IMG/VR virus record: IMGVR_UViG_3300017733_000002
From: an uncultured virus (IMG/VR IMGVR_UViG_3300017733_000002)
Taxonomy: Duplodnaviria > Heunggongvirae > Uroviricota > Caudoviricetes
Length of the DNA: 20,000 nt
Direction: 5' to 3' (one strand)
A program made the position numbers and the translations under genes. Shown in pieces: positions 9,534-18,384 of the stretch. The notes below the pieces were generated by a model. It searched no databases and was not told where the DNA came from. It was given only the letters and a program-made list of their open reading frames with translations. Positions within the stretch are counted from its first letter, which is position 1. Each line of letters begins with the position of its first letter.

Positions 9534-12131
9534 ATGTCAGACTACATTAAGAGGCTCGTTAATGAAGCAGTATACGGTGTAGACTGTTTAGTTTTAGATA
9601 GCACAACTATACAAGAGTTCTTAGAGTGGAGAGAAAATCTTCATGAAGTAAGTAATGTACAGAGCGTGTATTCAGACGAAGGTTTATATGACTTTTTTAT
9701 TGGGTTTAAAGACTACGAAAGAATATCAAAAGACGATGCTGCTAAAGTTATGGGCTGGCCAGTTGTAAATTACATCATAGATAACAAAGCAGATGATCCA
9801 TTTTATCAGATGGATATGTTAGATGATGATGAGCTTCTAGGAAGATCAAATACTGTATCTTATGGTGGCACAATTGCTACAGGTGATAGCTCTTTAAAGA
9901 CAGGTGACTATAAGTGGATGAAGCAGATGGAGGGACTTATTGATACTTTAGGCTGGGAAGTCATCGATTGGATTGGGTGTGGTGTTGATAGAAAGAGTCA
10001 GGTAGTAGTCATCCCAACTAAAGATCAAAAAGTAAACGAAGCTATAAAAATATCAGTAAGAGAAACAATAAAAAAAGTTGACAACAAGTATATTGTTTAC
10101 CCTGAAAAGGGTGGAAAAAGATTAGGAACACATAGCACAAAAAAGAAAGCAATGGCACAGCTAACTGCCATAGAACTTTCTAAGAAGGGTATAAAAAAAG
10201 AATCAGATGAATACACATTTGGTCCTGACTGGATACCCACTAGTTTGTCTCAAAGAAAAAAGATGAAACGCATACACAGAAAACTAAATAGAAGTATACG
10301 AGAACAAGAAAATAATATTAAAAAAATTGTTGCTGTTTATCCTGGAAGGTTTCAACCATTTGGTCCACATCATAAAGAAACATATGACTTCTTAAAAAAG
10401 AGATTTGATGAAGTTTATATTGCAACAAGTAATAAACAAGGAGGCAACAGACATCCTATGAGCTTTGCACAAAAGCGAAAACATATGATAAAGATGGGAA
10501 TTCCTTCAAAATCTATAGTACAAGAAAAACAGCCATATATACCTAAGGGCTTACTATCAAAGTATGATTCTGAATCAACTGCTGTGGTCTTCGCAGTTGG
10601 TGCGAAGGATGAGGGCAGACTCTCAAGTGGCAAGTACTTTAAGAAATATAGAAAAAACTATATGAGGCTAAAAGGTTACGAAGAAAACGGTTATACTTTA
10701 CAGGCGCCACATGTATCAGTAAAGGTTGGGGGACAAGAAATAAGTGGTACAACAATGAGAAAGCTTTTAGGATCAGAAAAATATGATCTAAAATTAAAAA
10801 AGAAATTTTTTAAGAAAATGTTTGGTTACTTTGATCAAAAAACATTTGATCTTTTTGTCACGTCATTTAAAGAATCAGTAATTAAGTCACTTATAAAAGA
10901 AGGCGGCGCTTATGGACACATGGCACATCCTTTTGATGATTACGCTTTGACTTTTGGAGAATTAAAAGATATAATAGACTTAGGACTACAAGGCAGTTTA
11001 GATAAAGAAGAAGCAGTAACTGAAAAATTAGATGGTCAAAATATTATGATTTCAGCAATAAACGGAAAAGCTGTTGCTGCTAGAAATAAGGGCGACTTAA
11101 AAAGAGGCGGAATGAGCTTAAAAGGTGTACAGGCAAAGTTTGCTAATCATATTCCTAGTGTTAGAGATGCATTTGTATTTTCAATGAGAGATATTGCAAA
11201 TGCTGTAGAAAAAATGTCAAAGAAAGATCAAGTAGCACTGTTTAATAATGGTATGAACTGGGCAAATATAGAAATTATTTATCCAGAAAATTTAAATGTA
11301 ATAGACTATGATGGTCCTGCAACAATAGTTTTTCACGGTATCTTAAAATATAGTGATGCATGGGTTCCTTCTGGTGAGGTAAGATCAGGAGGAAAGAGAA
11401 TAGCAGACATTATTAATAAAGTCAATAAAGGAATAAAGACTAAGTTCGCATTTAAAGGACCAAATGTAATAAAACTACATAAACCAAAGAACTATGGAAG
11501 GCTAAGGAAAAAATATATCGGATCTTTGAACAAGTTGCAGAATATATATAGACTAAAGGATAGTGATACCTTATCGTTATATCATCAACACTTTTGGTTA
11601 GAATATATTTTAAATGGCGCAAATTCTTCTGACTATAAAAATTTACCAGACAATGTTTTATATCCTCTTATGAAAAGATGGGCATTCTCTGATAAAAGTT
11701 ACAAAATGACTGAAATTAATAAATTAAAAGAAGACTATCCTAAGTTTGTTGACTGGGTAAGATCAACAGAAAAAATAGATCATGCAAAAATGCTTAAAGA
11801 TAATATGAAACCATTCGAAGAAATATTCTTTGGAGTTGGTGCTGAAATATTAGCAAACGCCAGTAATTATCTTAGTGCAAATCCAGAAAAAACAGCAAAG
11901 AAACTAAGAGATGATCTAGATAAAGCATCAAAAGCTTTGTTAGCTAAGAAAGATTTTTCTAATATTGACAAGCTAAAAGCACAACTTAAAAAACTAAAAG
12001 CAATGCCAGCACTAAAAAAAGCTGCACCGTCAGAAGGACTAGTGTTCAAGTATAACGGCAAAGTTTATAAATTTACAGGATTCTTTGCACCAATTAATCA
12101 AATTCTAGGTTTAGAAAAATTCTCGAGGTAG
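9534..12131 (+). CDS. Multidomain protein: unknown N-terminal domain, small basic module, cytidyltransferase-like (HIGH superfamily) domain and ATP-dependent ligase-like nucleotidyltransferase domain
   Basis: AVYPGRFQPFGPHH and ISGTTMR match the NMNAT/cytidyltransferase-like fold. GGAYGHMAHPFDD, TEKLDGQN (motif I KxDG), NIEII, IVFHG, SEGLV and YKFTG resemble ligase motifs I, III, IIIa, IV and V. Confidence 0.75.
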   Translation: MSDYIKRLVNEAVYGVDCLVLDSTTIQEFLEWRENLHEVSNVQSVYSDEGLYDFFIGFKDYERISKDDAAKVMGWPVVNYIIDNKADDPFYQMDMLDDDELLGRSNTVSYGGTIATGDSSLKTGDYKWMKQMEGLIDTLGWEVIDWIGCGVDRKSQVVVIPTKDQKVNEAIKISVRETIKKVDNKYIVYPEKGGKRLGTHSTKKKAMAQLTAIELSKKGIKKESDEYTFGPDWIPTSLSQRKKMKRIHRKLNRSIREQENNIKKIVAVYPGRFQPFGPHHKETYDFLKKRFDEVYIATSNKQGGNRHPMSFAQKRKHMIKMGIPSKSIVQEKQPYIPKGLLSKYDSESTAVVFAVGAKDEGRLSSGKYFKKYRKNYMRLKGYEENGYTLQAPHVSVKVGGQEISGTTMRKLLGSEKYDLKLKKKFFKKMFGYFDQKTFDLFVTSFKESVIKSLIKEGGAYGHMAHPFDDYALTFGELKDIIDLGLQGSLDKEEAVTEKLDGQNIMISAINGKAVAARNKGDLKRGGMSLKGVQAKFANHIPSVRDAFVFSMRDIANAVEKMSKKDQVALFNNGMNWANIEIIYPENLNVIDYDGPATIVFHGILKYSDAWVPSGEVRSGGKRIADIINKVNKGIKTKFAFKGPNVIKLHKPKNYGRLRKKYIGSLNKLQNIYRLKDSDTLSLYHQHFWLEYILNGANSSDYKNLPDNVLYPLMKRWAFSDKSYKMTEINKLKEDYPKFVDWVRSTEKIDHAKMLKDNMKPFEEIFFGVGAEILANASNYLSANPEKTAKKLRDDLDKASKALLAKKDFSNIDKLKAQLKKLKAMPALKKAAPSEGLVFKYNGKVYKFTGFFAPINQILGLEKFSR

Positions 12132-12133
12132 TT

Positions 12134-12673
12134 ATGAATAGTGAAGATAGAGCATTAAAAAATATTTTACGAGGAAGACCGGTTGAAAAACCTATTATGG
12201 TCGGATACGAAGGAAAAAAGCAGAAGTCTGGAGATCAAAAGAGCAGATTAACAGATATAATGGCTGCTGCTAGAATGCCGTGGTTCTGTCCTAGCTGTAA
12301 AAAAATAATGAAAAAGAAGCTTGATAATAAAATGTGGAATTTATTTAATCATTGTTTTGAGTGTCAAATTGAAAAAGAACACGAAATGAGAACAAGAGGT
12401 GTTTTTAAGCAGTGGGAAGCAAAAAAAGTCTTAGTTAATAAAAGAAGTATTATAGAAAATCAGATAAAAGAAATACAAGAATTTATTAACATAGGTGATA
12501 CAGAAATTGTAGAACCTGTCAATGTAGATACAGGATTTGTTCACGTTGAAAAATATGAATTAGATAGCAAAATAAAGAAAGAAGCAGAAGAAGCATTAGT
12601 ATCATTAGATGCTGCGCTTACAAATGTCAACAAGACAATCAAGAAATTAGATGAAGAACTCGAAGAAAATTAG
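12134..12673 (+). CDS. Putative zinc-binding protein (CPSC...CFEC) with C-terminal helical region, overlapping terL
   Basis: Two CxxC pairs; coupled to the upstream stop (TAGttATG); overlaps the terL start by 23 nt. Confidence 0.75.
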   Translation: MNSEDRALKNILRGRPVEKPIMVGYEGKKQKSGDQKSRLTDIMAAARMPWFCPSCKKIMKKKLDNKMWNLFNHCFECQIEKEHEMRTRGVFKQWEAKKVLVNKRSIIENQIKEIQEFINIGDTEIVEPVNVDTGFVHVEKYELDSKIKKEAEEALVSLDAALTNVNKTIKKLDEELEEN

Positions 12674-14222
12674 AGACGGAATAAAACAAGAGTATGTAAA
12701 ATGTGCTCTTGATCCAATATACTTCATGAAGGAGTACTGTTATATTCAGCATCCTGTCAAAGGAAAAATGAAATTTAACTTGTATCCATTTCAAGAAAAG
12801 ACATTAGGGGCTTTAAAAGACCACGATTATAATATTATCTTAAAAGCGAGACAGCTAGGTATATCTACATTAAGTGCTGGCTACTCTCTATGGTTAATGA
12901 ATTTTCATTTAGACAAAAACATATTAGTAATTGCTACAAAACAAGAAGTTGCAAAAAATCTTGTAACTAAAGTAAGAGTAATGCACAAAGAATTACCTAA
13001 TTGGTTAAAACAGGGTTGTGTAGAAGACAACAAATTATCTTTAAGATATAAGAACGGATCACAAATAAAGGCAATATCATCAACAGGTGAAGCAGGTAGA
13101 TCTGAAGCACTGTCTCTACTAATAATTGATGAGGCTGCATTTATTAAGAATATTGATGAGATATGGGGTGCAGCTCAACAAACATTAGCAACAGGTGGTA
13201 AGTGCATTGCATTGTCAACACCTAACGGAATGGGAAACTGGTTTCACAAGACATGGTCTTCTGCAGAAACAGGTGAAAATAATTTTAACTTTATTAGGCT
13301 ACACTGGACAGTACATCCTAATAGAGGGCAGCAGTGGAGAGATGATCAAAATGCGCTATTAGGACCAGACATGGCAGCACAAGAATGTGACTGTGACTTC
13401 ATAAGCTCTGGACAAACTGTAATACCTGGCCCTATCTTAAAAGAGTATCAAGACAATTTTGTAACAAAATATACAGAAGATAGATACGGTGGAAATATGT
13501 GGATATGGAAACATCCAGAGCCTAGTAAAAAATATTTAATGTCTGCTGATGTTGCTCGTGGTGATGGAGCAGACTATTCTGCATTCCACATACTAGATTT
13601 AGAAACACTAGAGCAGGTTGCAGAATATAAAGGAAAAGAAGATACTACAAGATATGCAAGTATATTAATGTCTGTAGCCACAGAATATAATGATGCCTTA
13701 CTGGTTGTTGAAAATAACAATGTAGGTTGGGCAGTTTTACAGTCACTTATAGATAGAGACTATAAAAATTTATTTTGGATGAAAAAAGATTTAAAGTATG
13801 TTGACGCAAATAAGCAACATACAAACAAATATAGAAATGAAAACAAGTATATGGTGCCGGGATTTACAACAAGTATGAAAAGCAGGCCTCTAATAATTGA
13901 AAAGCTGGCACAATTTATTAGAGAGAAGTCAATTAAAATTAACTCAATAAGATTGGTAGAGGAATTATTTGTTTTTATATTTAATAATGGGAAAGCGGAA
14001 GCTCTTAAAGGATACAACGATGATTTGGTTATGAGTATGGCAATAGGACTTTGGATAAGAGAAACCGCACTAAAACTACATGCAGAAAATATTGCTCTAC
14101 AAAGAGAAGCAATAAAAGGCGTAGATGCAAATTCAGGTGTCTATACCGTAGAGGAAGAAGAAGACTACGGTTGGAAGCAACATGTAGGAGACAAAAAAGA
14201 ATCACTAACTTGGTTAATATAA
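12651..14222 (+). CDS. terL: Terminase large subunit (T4 gp17-like)
   Basis: LYPFQ (Q motif), LKARQLGIST (Walker A), LLIIDEAAFI (Walker B), STPNG (motif III); nuclease motifs ADVARGDGADYS, VVENN and NDDLVMS. Confidence 0.96.
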   Translation: MKNSKKIRDGIKQEYVKCALDPIYFMKEYCYIQHPVKGKMKFNLYPFQEKTLGALKDHDYNIILKARQLGISTLSAGYSLWLMNFHLDKNILVIATKQEVAKNLVTKVRVMHKELPNWLKQGCVEDNKLSLRYKNGSQIKAISSTGEAGRSEALSLLIIDEAAFIKNIDEIWGAAQQTLATGGKCIALSTPNGMGNWFHKTWSSAETGENNFNFIRLHWTVHPNRGQQWRDDQNALLGPDMAAQECDCDFISSGQTVIPGPILKEYQDNFVTKYTEDRYGGNMWIWKHPEPSKKYLMSADVARGDGADYSAFHILDLETLEQVAEYKGKEDTTRYASILMSVATEYNDALLVVENNNVGWAVLQSLIDRDYKNLFWMKKDLKYVDANKQHTNKYRNENKYMVPGFTTSMKSRPLIIEKLAQFIREKSIKINSIRLVEELFVFIFNNGKAEALKGYNDDLVMSMAIGLWIRETALKLHAENIALQREAIKGVDANSGVYTVEEEEDYGWKQHVGDKKESLTWLI

Positions 14223-14223
14223 T

Positions 14224-16020
14224 ATGGCAAAACAAGATACATTTTACGATAGAATACAACGCTTATTTTCATCAAATGTTATAGTAAGAAACATAGGTGG
14301 AAAAAAGCTAAGAGTTATAGACACTGATGAAATTCAGGCTGGCTCTAAATCTTTAATGGATAGATACCAGAGGATGTTTTCAACACAAGGATCTGGTGGC
14401 TACATGCAATTTGCAGGTGAGCTAGCAAAATCACAAAGACTGGCATTATTTAGAGACTATGAAGCAATGGATGATGATTCTATAATATCATCAGCATTAG
14501 ACGTATACGCAGATGAATCAACAATGAAATCTGAGTATGGCAATGTTTTAGAAATACAGTCTAATAACTCACAGATACACGAAATATTACATAACTTATT
14601 TTATGATATTCTTAATATAGAGTTTAATTTATGGCCGTGGATAAGAAATCTTGTAAAGTATGGTGACTTTTTCTTACATTTAGAAATAAAAGAAAAATAT
14701 GGAATTATTAATGTTGCGCCATTTTCACCTTATGATATGGCAAGGATAGAAGGATATGATCCTGAAAACCCACACGCCGTAAAATTTGTAATGGATGCAT
14801 CAGACCCATCAGGTGGCGGCGGAAGAAAATCCAGAACAGAATTTGAAAATTTTGAAATAGCACACTTTAGAATGTTATCAGATTCGAACTATATACCTTA
14901 CGGAAAGTCTATGATCGAAGGGGGTAGAAAAGTTTGGAAACAATTAAGTCTTATGGAAGATGCTATGTTGATTCATAGAATTATGAGAGCACCGGAAAAA
15001 AGAATTTTTAAGATTGATATTGGTAACTTACCACCAAGTGAAGTAGACAGCTACATGAAGCGTATTATGGACAAGATGAAAAAAGCTCCTGTTGTAGACG
15101 AACAAACAGGTCAGTATAATTTAAAGTATAATATGCAAAACATTACTGAAGACTTTTATCTACCAGTTCGTGGTGGTGATAGCGGAACTCAAATTGAATC
15201 ACTACCTGGCTTGACTTATGAAGCTGTTGAAGATATTGAGTACTTAAGAAATAGAATGCTAGCTGCATTAAAAATACCAAAAGCTTTCTTAGGATATGAA
15301 GAAGGAATAGGGTCAAAAGCAACACTTGCTGCAGAAGATGTTCGTTTTGCAAGAACAATAGAAAGAGTCCAGAGAATAGTTATCAGTGAGCTAACTAAAA
15401 TAGCAGTAGCTCATTTATATTCTCAGGGATATACAGATGCCGCATTAGTTGATTTTGATTTGAACCTAACAAATCCTTCTACAATATATGAGCAAGAAAG
15501 ACTAGAACTATGGGAAAAGAAAAATACTATTGCCAGAGATATGAAAGCAGAAGCACTAGTATCTAAGCAATGGATATATGATAATGTATTTAACTTTACT
15601 GCAGAGGATATTTCAAAAATACAAAAAGAAGTAATTGAAGATAAGAAGCAAGAATTTAGACTTTCAACAATAGAAAATGAAGGATCTGATCCTGCAAACC
15701 CACCACAGTCAGACCAAATGGATAGTTCTCCTAGAAAAAAAGAGAAGAAAAAAGAAGATGAGAAAAGAGTATCTAGCAGAGACGTTGAAGACAGAGAAAC
15801 TTATGGTGTAAGAGATGTGTTGGGTAAGTATGATTATGCTCATTCAACAAAAAAAGACAATACACCTAGCATAGGCCATAATCATAGAAAAAGCCCACTA
15901 GCGTTAGCACACTTTGACAGAATCAAAAAAGATTTTGAAAACAAAGAGAAGAAAATGCTTAATGAGGTAGAAAAAATTGAAGATAAGCTGGAGAATAAAA
16001 ATAATGGCAAAAACAAATAA
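14224..16020 (+). CDS. Portal protein (T4 gp20-like)
   Basis: YEAMD..IISSALDVYADE, LMEDAMLIHRIMRAPEKRIFKIDIGNLP, EDFYLPVRGG.SGTQIESLPG, LKIPKAFL, EDVRFARTIERVQ. Confidence 0.95.
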   Translation: MAKQDTFYDRIQRLFSSNVIVRNIGGKKLRVIDTDEIQAGSKSLMDRYQRMFSTQGSGGYMQFAGELAKSQRLALFRDYEAMDDDSIISSALDVYADESTMKSEYGNVLEIQSNNSQIHEILHNLFYDILNIEFNLWPWIRNLVKYGDFFLHLEIKEKYGIINVAPFSPYDMARIEGYDPENPHAVKFVMDASDPSGGGGRKSRTEFENFEIAHFRMLSDSNYIPYGKSMIEGGRKVWKQLSLMEDAMLIHRIMRAPEKRIFKIDIGNLPPSEVDSYMKRIMDKMKKAPVVDEQTGQYNLKYNMQNITEDFYLPVRGGDSGTQIESLPGLTYEAVEDIEYLRNRMLAALKIPKAFLGYEEGIGSKATLAAEDVRFARTIERVQRIVISELTKIAVAHLYSQGYTDAALVDFDLNLTNPSTIYEQERLELWEKKNTIARDMKAEALVSKQWIYDNVFNFTAEDISKIQKEVIEDKKQEFRLSTIENEGSDPANPPQSDQMDSSPRKKEKKKEDEKRVSSRDVEDRETYGVRDVLGKYDYAHSTKKDNTPSIGHNHRKSPLALAHFDRIKKDFENKEKKMLNEVEKIEDKLENKNNGKNK

Positions 16021-16023
16021 CTT

Positions 16024-16033
16024 TATATTTATA
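16024..16033 (+). promoter_or_regulatory. TATATTTATA motif, candidate late promoter element
   Basis: The same 10-mer occurs in the intergenic gap at 18594-18603; here it lies 25 nt upstream of the ATG at 16059. Confidence 0.5.
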
Positions 16034-16058
16034 GACGATAACTTAGCTAAGGGTTTAA

Positions 16059-16898
16059 ATGAAGCATTCTAAATACAGAAATACAGGGCTTTTATTTGAA
16101 TTGCTGACAAGGCAAATTACTACTGACATTTTAAACAATGAAAGCAGTTCTAAAGCATCAGCAATACTAAAAAAGCATTTTAATAAGAAATCACAACTTT
16201 TTAAAGAGAACCAGCTTTTTAATGTTATACTTGAGTCTAAGTTCAAAGACGAAAATAAAGCAACTCATCTTGTAGAGACAACACAAAAAGCATATTCAAA
16301 AGTTATTAATTTAAAGAATATTAAAATAGAAAAGTATAACTTAATAAAAAGTATAAAAGAAAATTTTAATTTAGAAGATTTTTTCAAGTCTAGAGTAACT
16401 AATTATCGACTTCTTGCAGCTATACATAACGTTATATCTGAAAATTATGAAAATCCAGTTGTAAGTTCTAAAAGCCACTTTACACTTTTAGAGTATATGA
16501 CAAGGAAATCAGAGAGTAAAGAATCAGAAATACTTCAGTCTCTTAGAAAAGAAAATAAAGACTTAAGACATATAACATATAAGATTCTTGTAGAAAAATT
16601 TAACAACAAATATAAGTCTCTTAATAAAGAGCAAAAAGATGTACTAAGAGAATACATAAATAATATTACCAGCACATCAGGCCTTAGCGACTTTTTAGAG
16701 GGCAGATTTAAAGACATATCTTTTAATCTTAAAAAGCAGCTTCCAAAAATAGAAGATAAAGTCATTAAGATAAAAATTAAAGAATGTATTAATTTAGTTA
16801 ACAAAACAAAATTTAAAAATACAGAATCAACTGTAAATGTACTAAAGCTGATGAGATTTTATCAGTTATTAGAGGATGTAAAGAATGCAACTAGATAA
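16059..16898 (+). CDS. Hypothetical head-module protein, 279 aa, basic and helical (KHSKYRNTGLLFELL N-terminus)
   Basis: Long ORF between portal and protease that overlaps the next gene; function not recognised. Confidence 0.8.
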   Translation: MKHSKYRNTGLLFELLTRQITTDILNNESSSKASAILKKHFNKKSQLFKENQLFNVILESKFKDENKATHLVETTQKAYSKVINLKNIKIEKYNLIKSIKENFNLEDFFKSRVTNYRLLAAIHNVISENYENPVVSSKSHFTLLEYMTRKSESKESEILQSLRKENKDLRHITYKILVEKFNNKYKSLNKEQKDVLREYINNITSTSGLSDFLEGRFKDISFNLKKQLPKIEDKVIKIKIKECINLVNKTKFKNTESTVNVLKLMRFYQLLEDVKNATR

Positions 16899-17313
16899 GC
16901 TAAGAGAGTTTATAAGAGAGCTTATTAAAAAAGAACTAGCAGAAGCCAGTGTTACAGGTGGAATTGATGGAGGTGTAGGACAGCCAAAAACACCTTACGC
17001 ATTTAAAAATCCAAAAGATGACGATAAAGATGAAGACGAATTAAAATTATCAGATGGTATGTCAATTGTAAAAGAAAATTACTACGCATGGAGAAATGAT
17101 GACTCTATGTCAACAAAGCAAAAATTAGCAAAGTCTATGACAGAAATAAGAGATGGTATAACAATGCTAGAAAGAGCAGTAAAATATAATGTTAAACTTA
17201 AAAACGAAATGAGATTTGAGTCTGATAGCTATATGAAACGAACAAAAAACGCTCTTGGTAAAATATCAGAAAAACTTTTAAGACTTTCAGCAAGAGTAAA
17301 GGACATGGTATAA
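16885..17313 (+). CDS. Hypothetical protein, 142 aa, probable prohead core/internal protein
   Basis: GAGGA SD upstream; TAATG coupling to the protease gene; N-terminal LREFIRELIKKELAE with repeated (I/L)-X-E motifs. Confidence 0.75.
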   Translation: MQLDKLREFIRELIKKELAEASVTGGIDGGVGQPKTPYAFKNPKDDDKDEDELKLSDGMSIVKENYYAWRNDDSMSTKQKLAKSMTEIRDGITMLERAVKYNVKLKNEMRFESDSYMKRTKNALGKISEKLLRLSARVKDMV

Positions 17314-17900
17314 TGGAAAAACAATTATTAGTCAACACAATTCCTTTTGATATATCAAGAGAGAAGATTCAAGAGTCTATAAATACTAATGGCAAGCTTG
17401 TTGTGAAGGGTGTATTACAAAGAGCAGAAGCTAAAAATCAAAATGGTAGAGTTTACCCAAGAGAAATACTCGTAAGAGAGGCTAAAAAATACACATCTGA
17501 GTTTATAAAAGAACGAAGAGCTATGGGTGAATTAGATCATCCAGACTCATCAGTAGTTAATTTACAAAATGTATCACATAATGTATTAGAAATGCATTGG
17601 TCAGGAAATGATTTAGTAGGAACTGTTGAAGTCTTATCCACACCAGCAGGAAACATTTTAAAAGAATTATTTAAAGGCGGAATCAAATTAGGTATAAGCT
17701 CTAGAGGCTTAGGATCAATAAAACAAGAATCTGCAGGTGATGAAGTACAAGGCGACTTTGAATTAATAGCATTCGATTTCGTATCAAACCCTTCAACACA
17801 CGGCGCTTTTCTAAGTCCAGTTAATGAATCAGTTCAAAAAGTTGATCGTAAGTGGACAAAAGTAGAGACATCAATAAGAAATATTTTAACAGGAAAATAA
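17313..17900 (+). CDS. Prohead core protein protease (T4 gp21-like)
   Basis: GVLQRAEAKNQNGRVYP, GELDHP (catalytic His), GISSRGLGS (catalytic Ser), FDFVSNPSTHGAF. Confidence 0.96.
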   Translation: MEKQLLVNTIPFDISREKIQESINTNGKLVVKGVLQRAEAKNQNGRVYPREILVREAKKYTSEFIKERRAMGELDHPDSSVVNLQNVSHNVLEMHWSGNDLVGTVEVLSTPAGNILKELFKGGIKLGISSRGLGSIKQESAGDEVQGDFELIAFDFVSNPSTHGAFLSPVNESVQKVDRKWTKVETSIRNILTGK

Positions 17901-17901
17901 T

Positions 17902-18384
17902 ATGAAGCTAAAAGACATTATAAAAGAAGAACTAGGTGGATTCGTAGGTTTATCACCAATTCATAAGTTAGAAAGCAAAGTTGTTGAACAAGACAATGCT
18001 TCCCTTCTTAAAATTGCCAAAGAGTTAGTAGCAAAAGAACAAGACGATAAGCTTATGAATAGAGAAGATCTTATAAGTAGTGTCAATGAGTTTTCTTCAT
18101 ATGGTCCGTCAATATACAAAAAGCATAATCTTGCTGAAGTAGCTAAAAAGTTTAGTGAAATCGCAGCAGCAGCACAAAAACATGTTGTTTCTGAAACAGA
18201 AGATTGGTTTGATAGAGTTACAGTTCAGAGAAATATGACTGATCTTAAAAAACAGGCAGGCCAATTTAATAAAATTGCTAATGAAGCACAAGCAATGCAA
18301 GACAGGATGGCAGCTTTATATGAAGATATGGGCGGAATATTAAATCGTTATTTTGAAATTAAAGAGATACAAAAAGAGGACTAA
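17902..18384 (+). CDS. Hypothetical protein, 160 aa, helical, probable prohead-associated protein
   Basis: Coupled to both neighbours with 0-1 nt gaps; MKLKDIIKE N-terminus with an IKE motif. Confidence 0.78.
   Translation: MKLKDIIKEELGGFVGLSPIHKLESKVVEQDNASLLKIAKELVAKEQDDKLMNREDLISSVNEFSSYGPSIYKKHNLAEVAKKFSEIAAAAQKHVVSETEDWFDRVTVQRNMTDLKKQAGQFNKIANEAQAMQDRMAALYEDMGGILNRYFEIKEIQKED

Noticed and set aside
8463..12673. Five consecutive genes ending in TAG, with 8463 and 8760 in frame: possible TAG recoding or readthrough fusion
   Set aside because: Conserved genes are intact under the standard code, two of the TAGs simply overlap the next gene's AGGAG SD, and the other junctions are out of frame.
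12651..16020. Introns or inteins in terL or portal
   Set aside because: Both frames are uninterrupted, of normal length, and show no intein or homing-endonuclease motifs.
16042..16051. Perfect palindrome CTTAGCTAAG upstream of the 16059 gene
   Set aside because: A single 10-bp palindrome with no second copy noticed is expected by chance in 20 kb.
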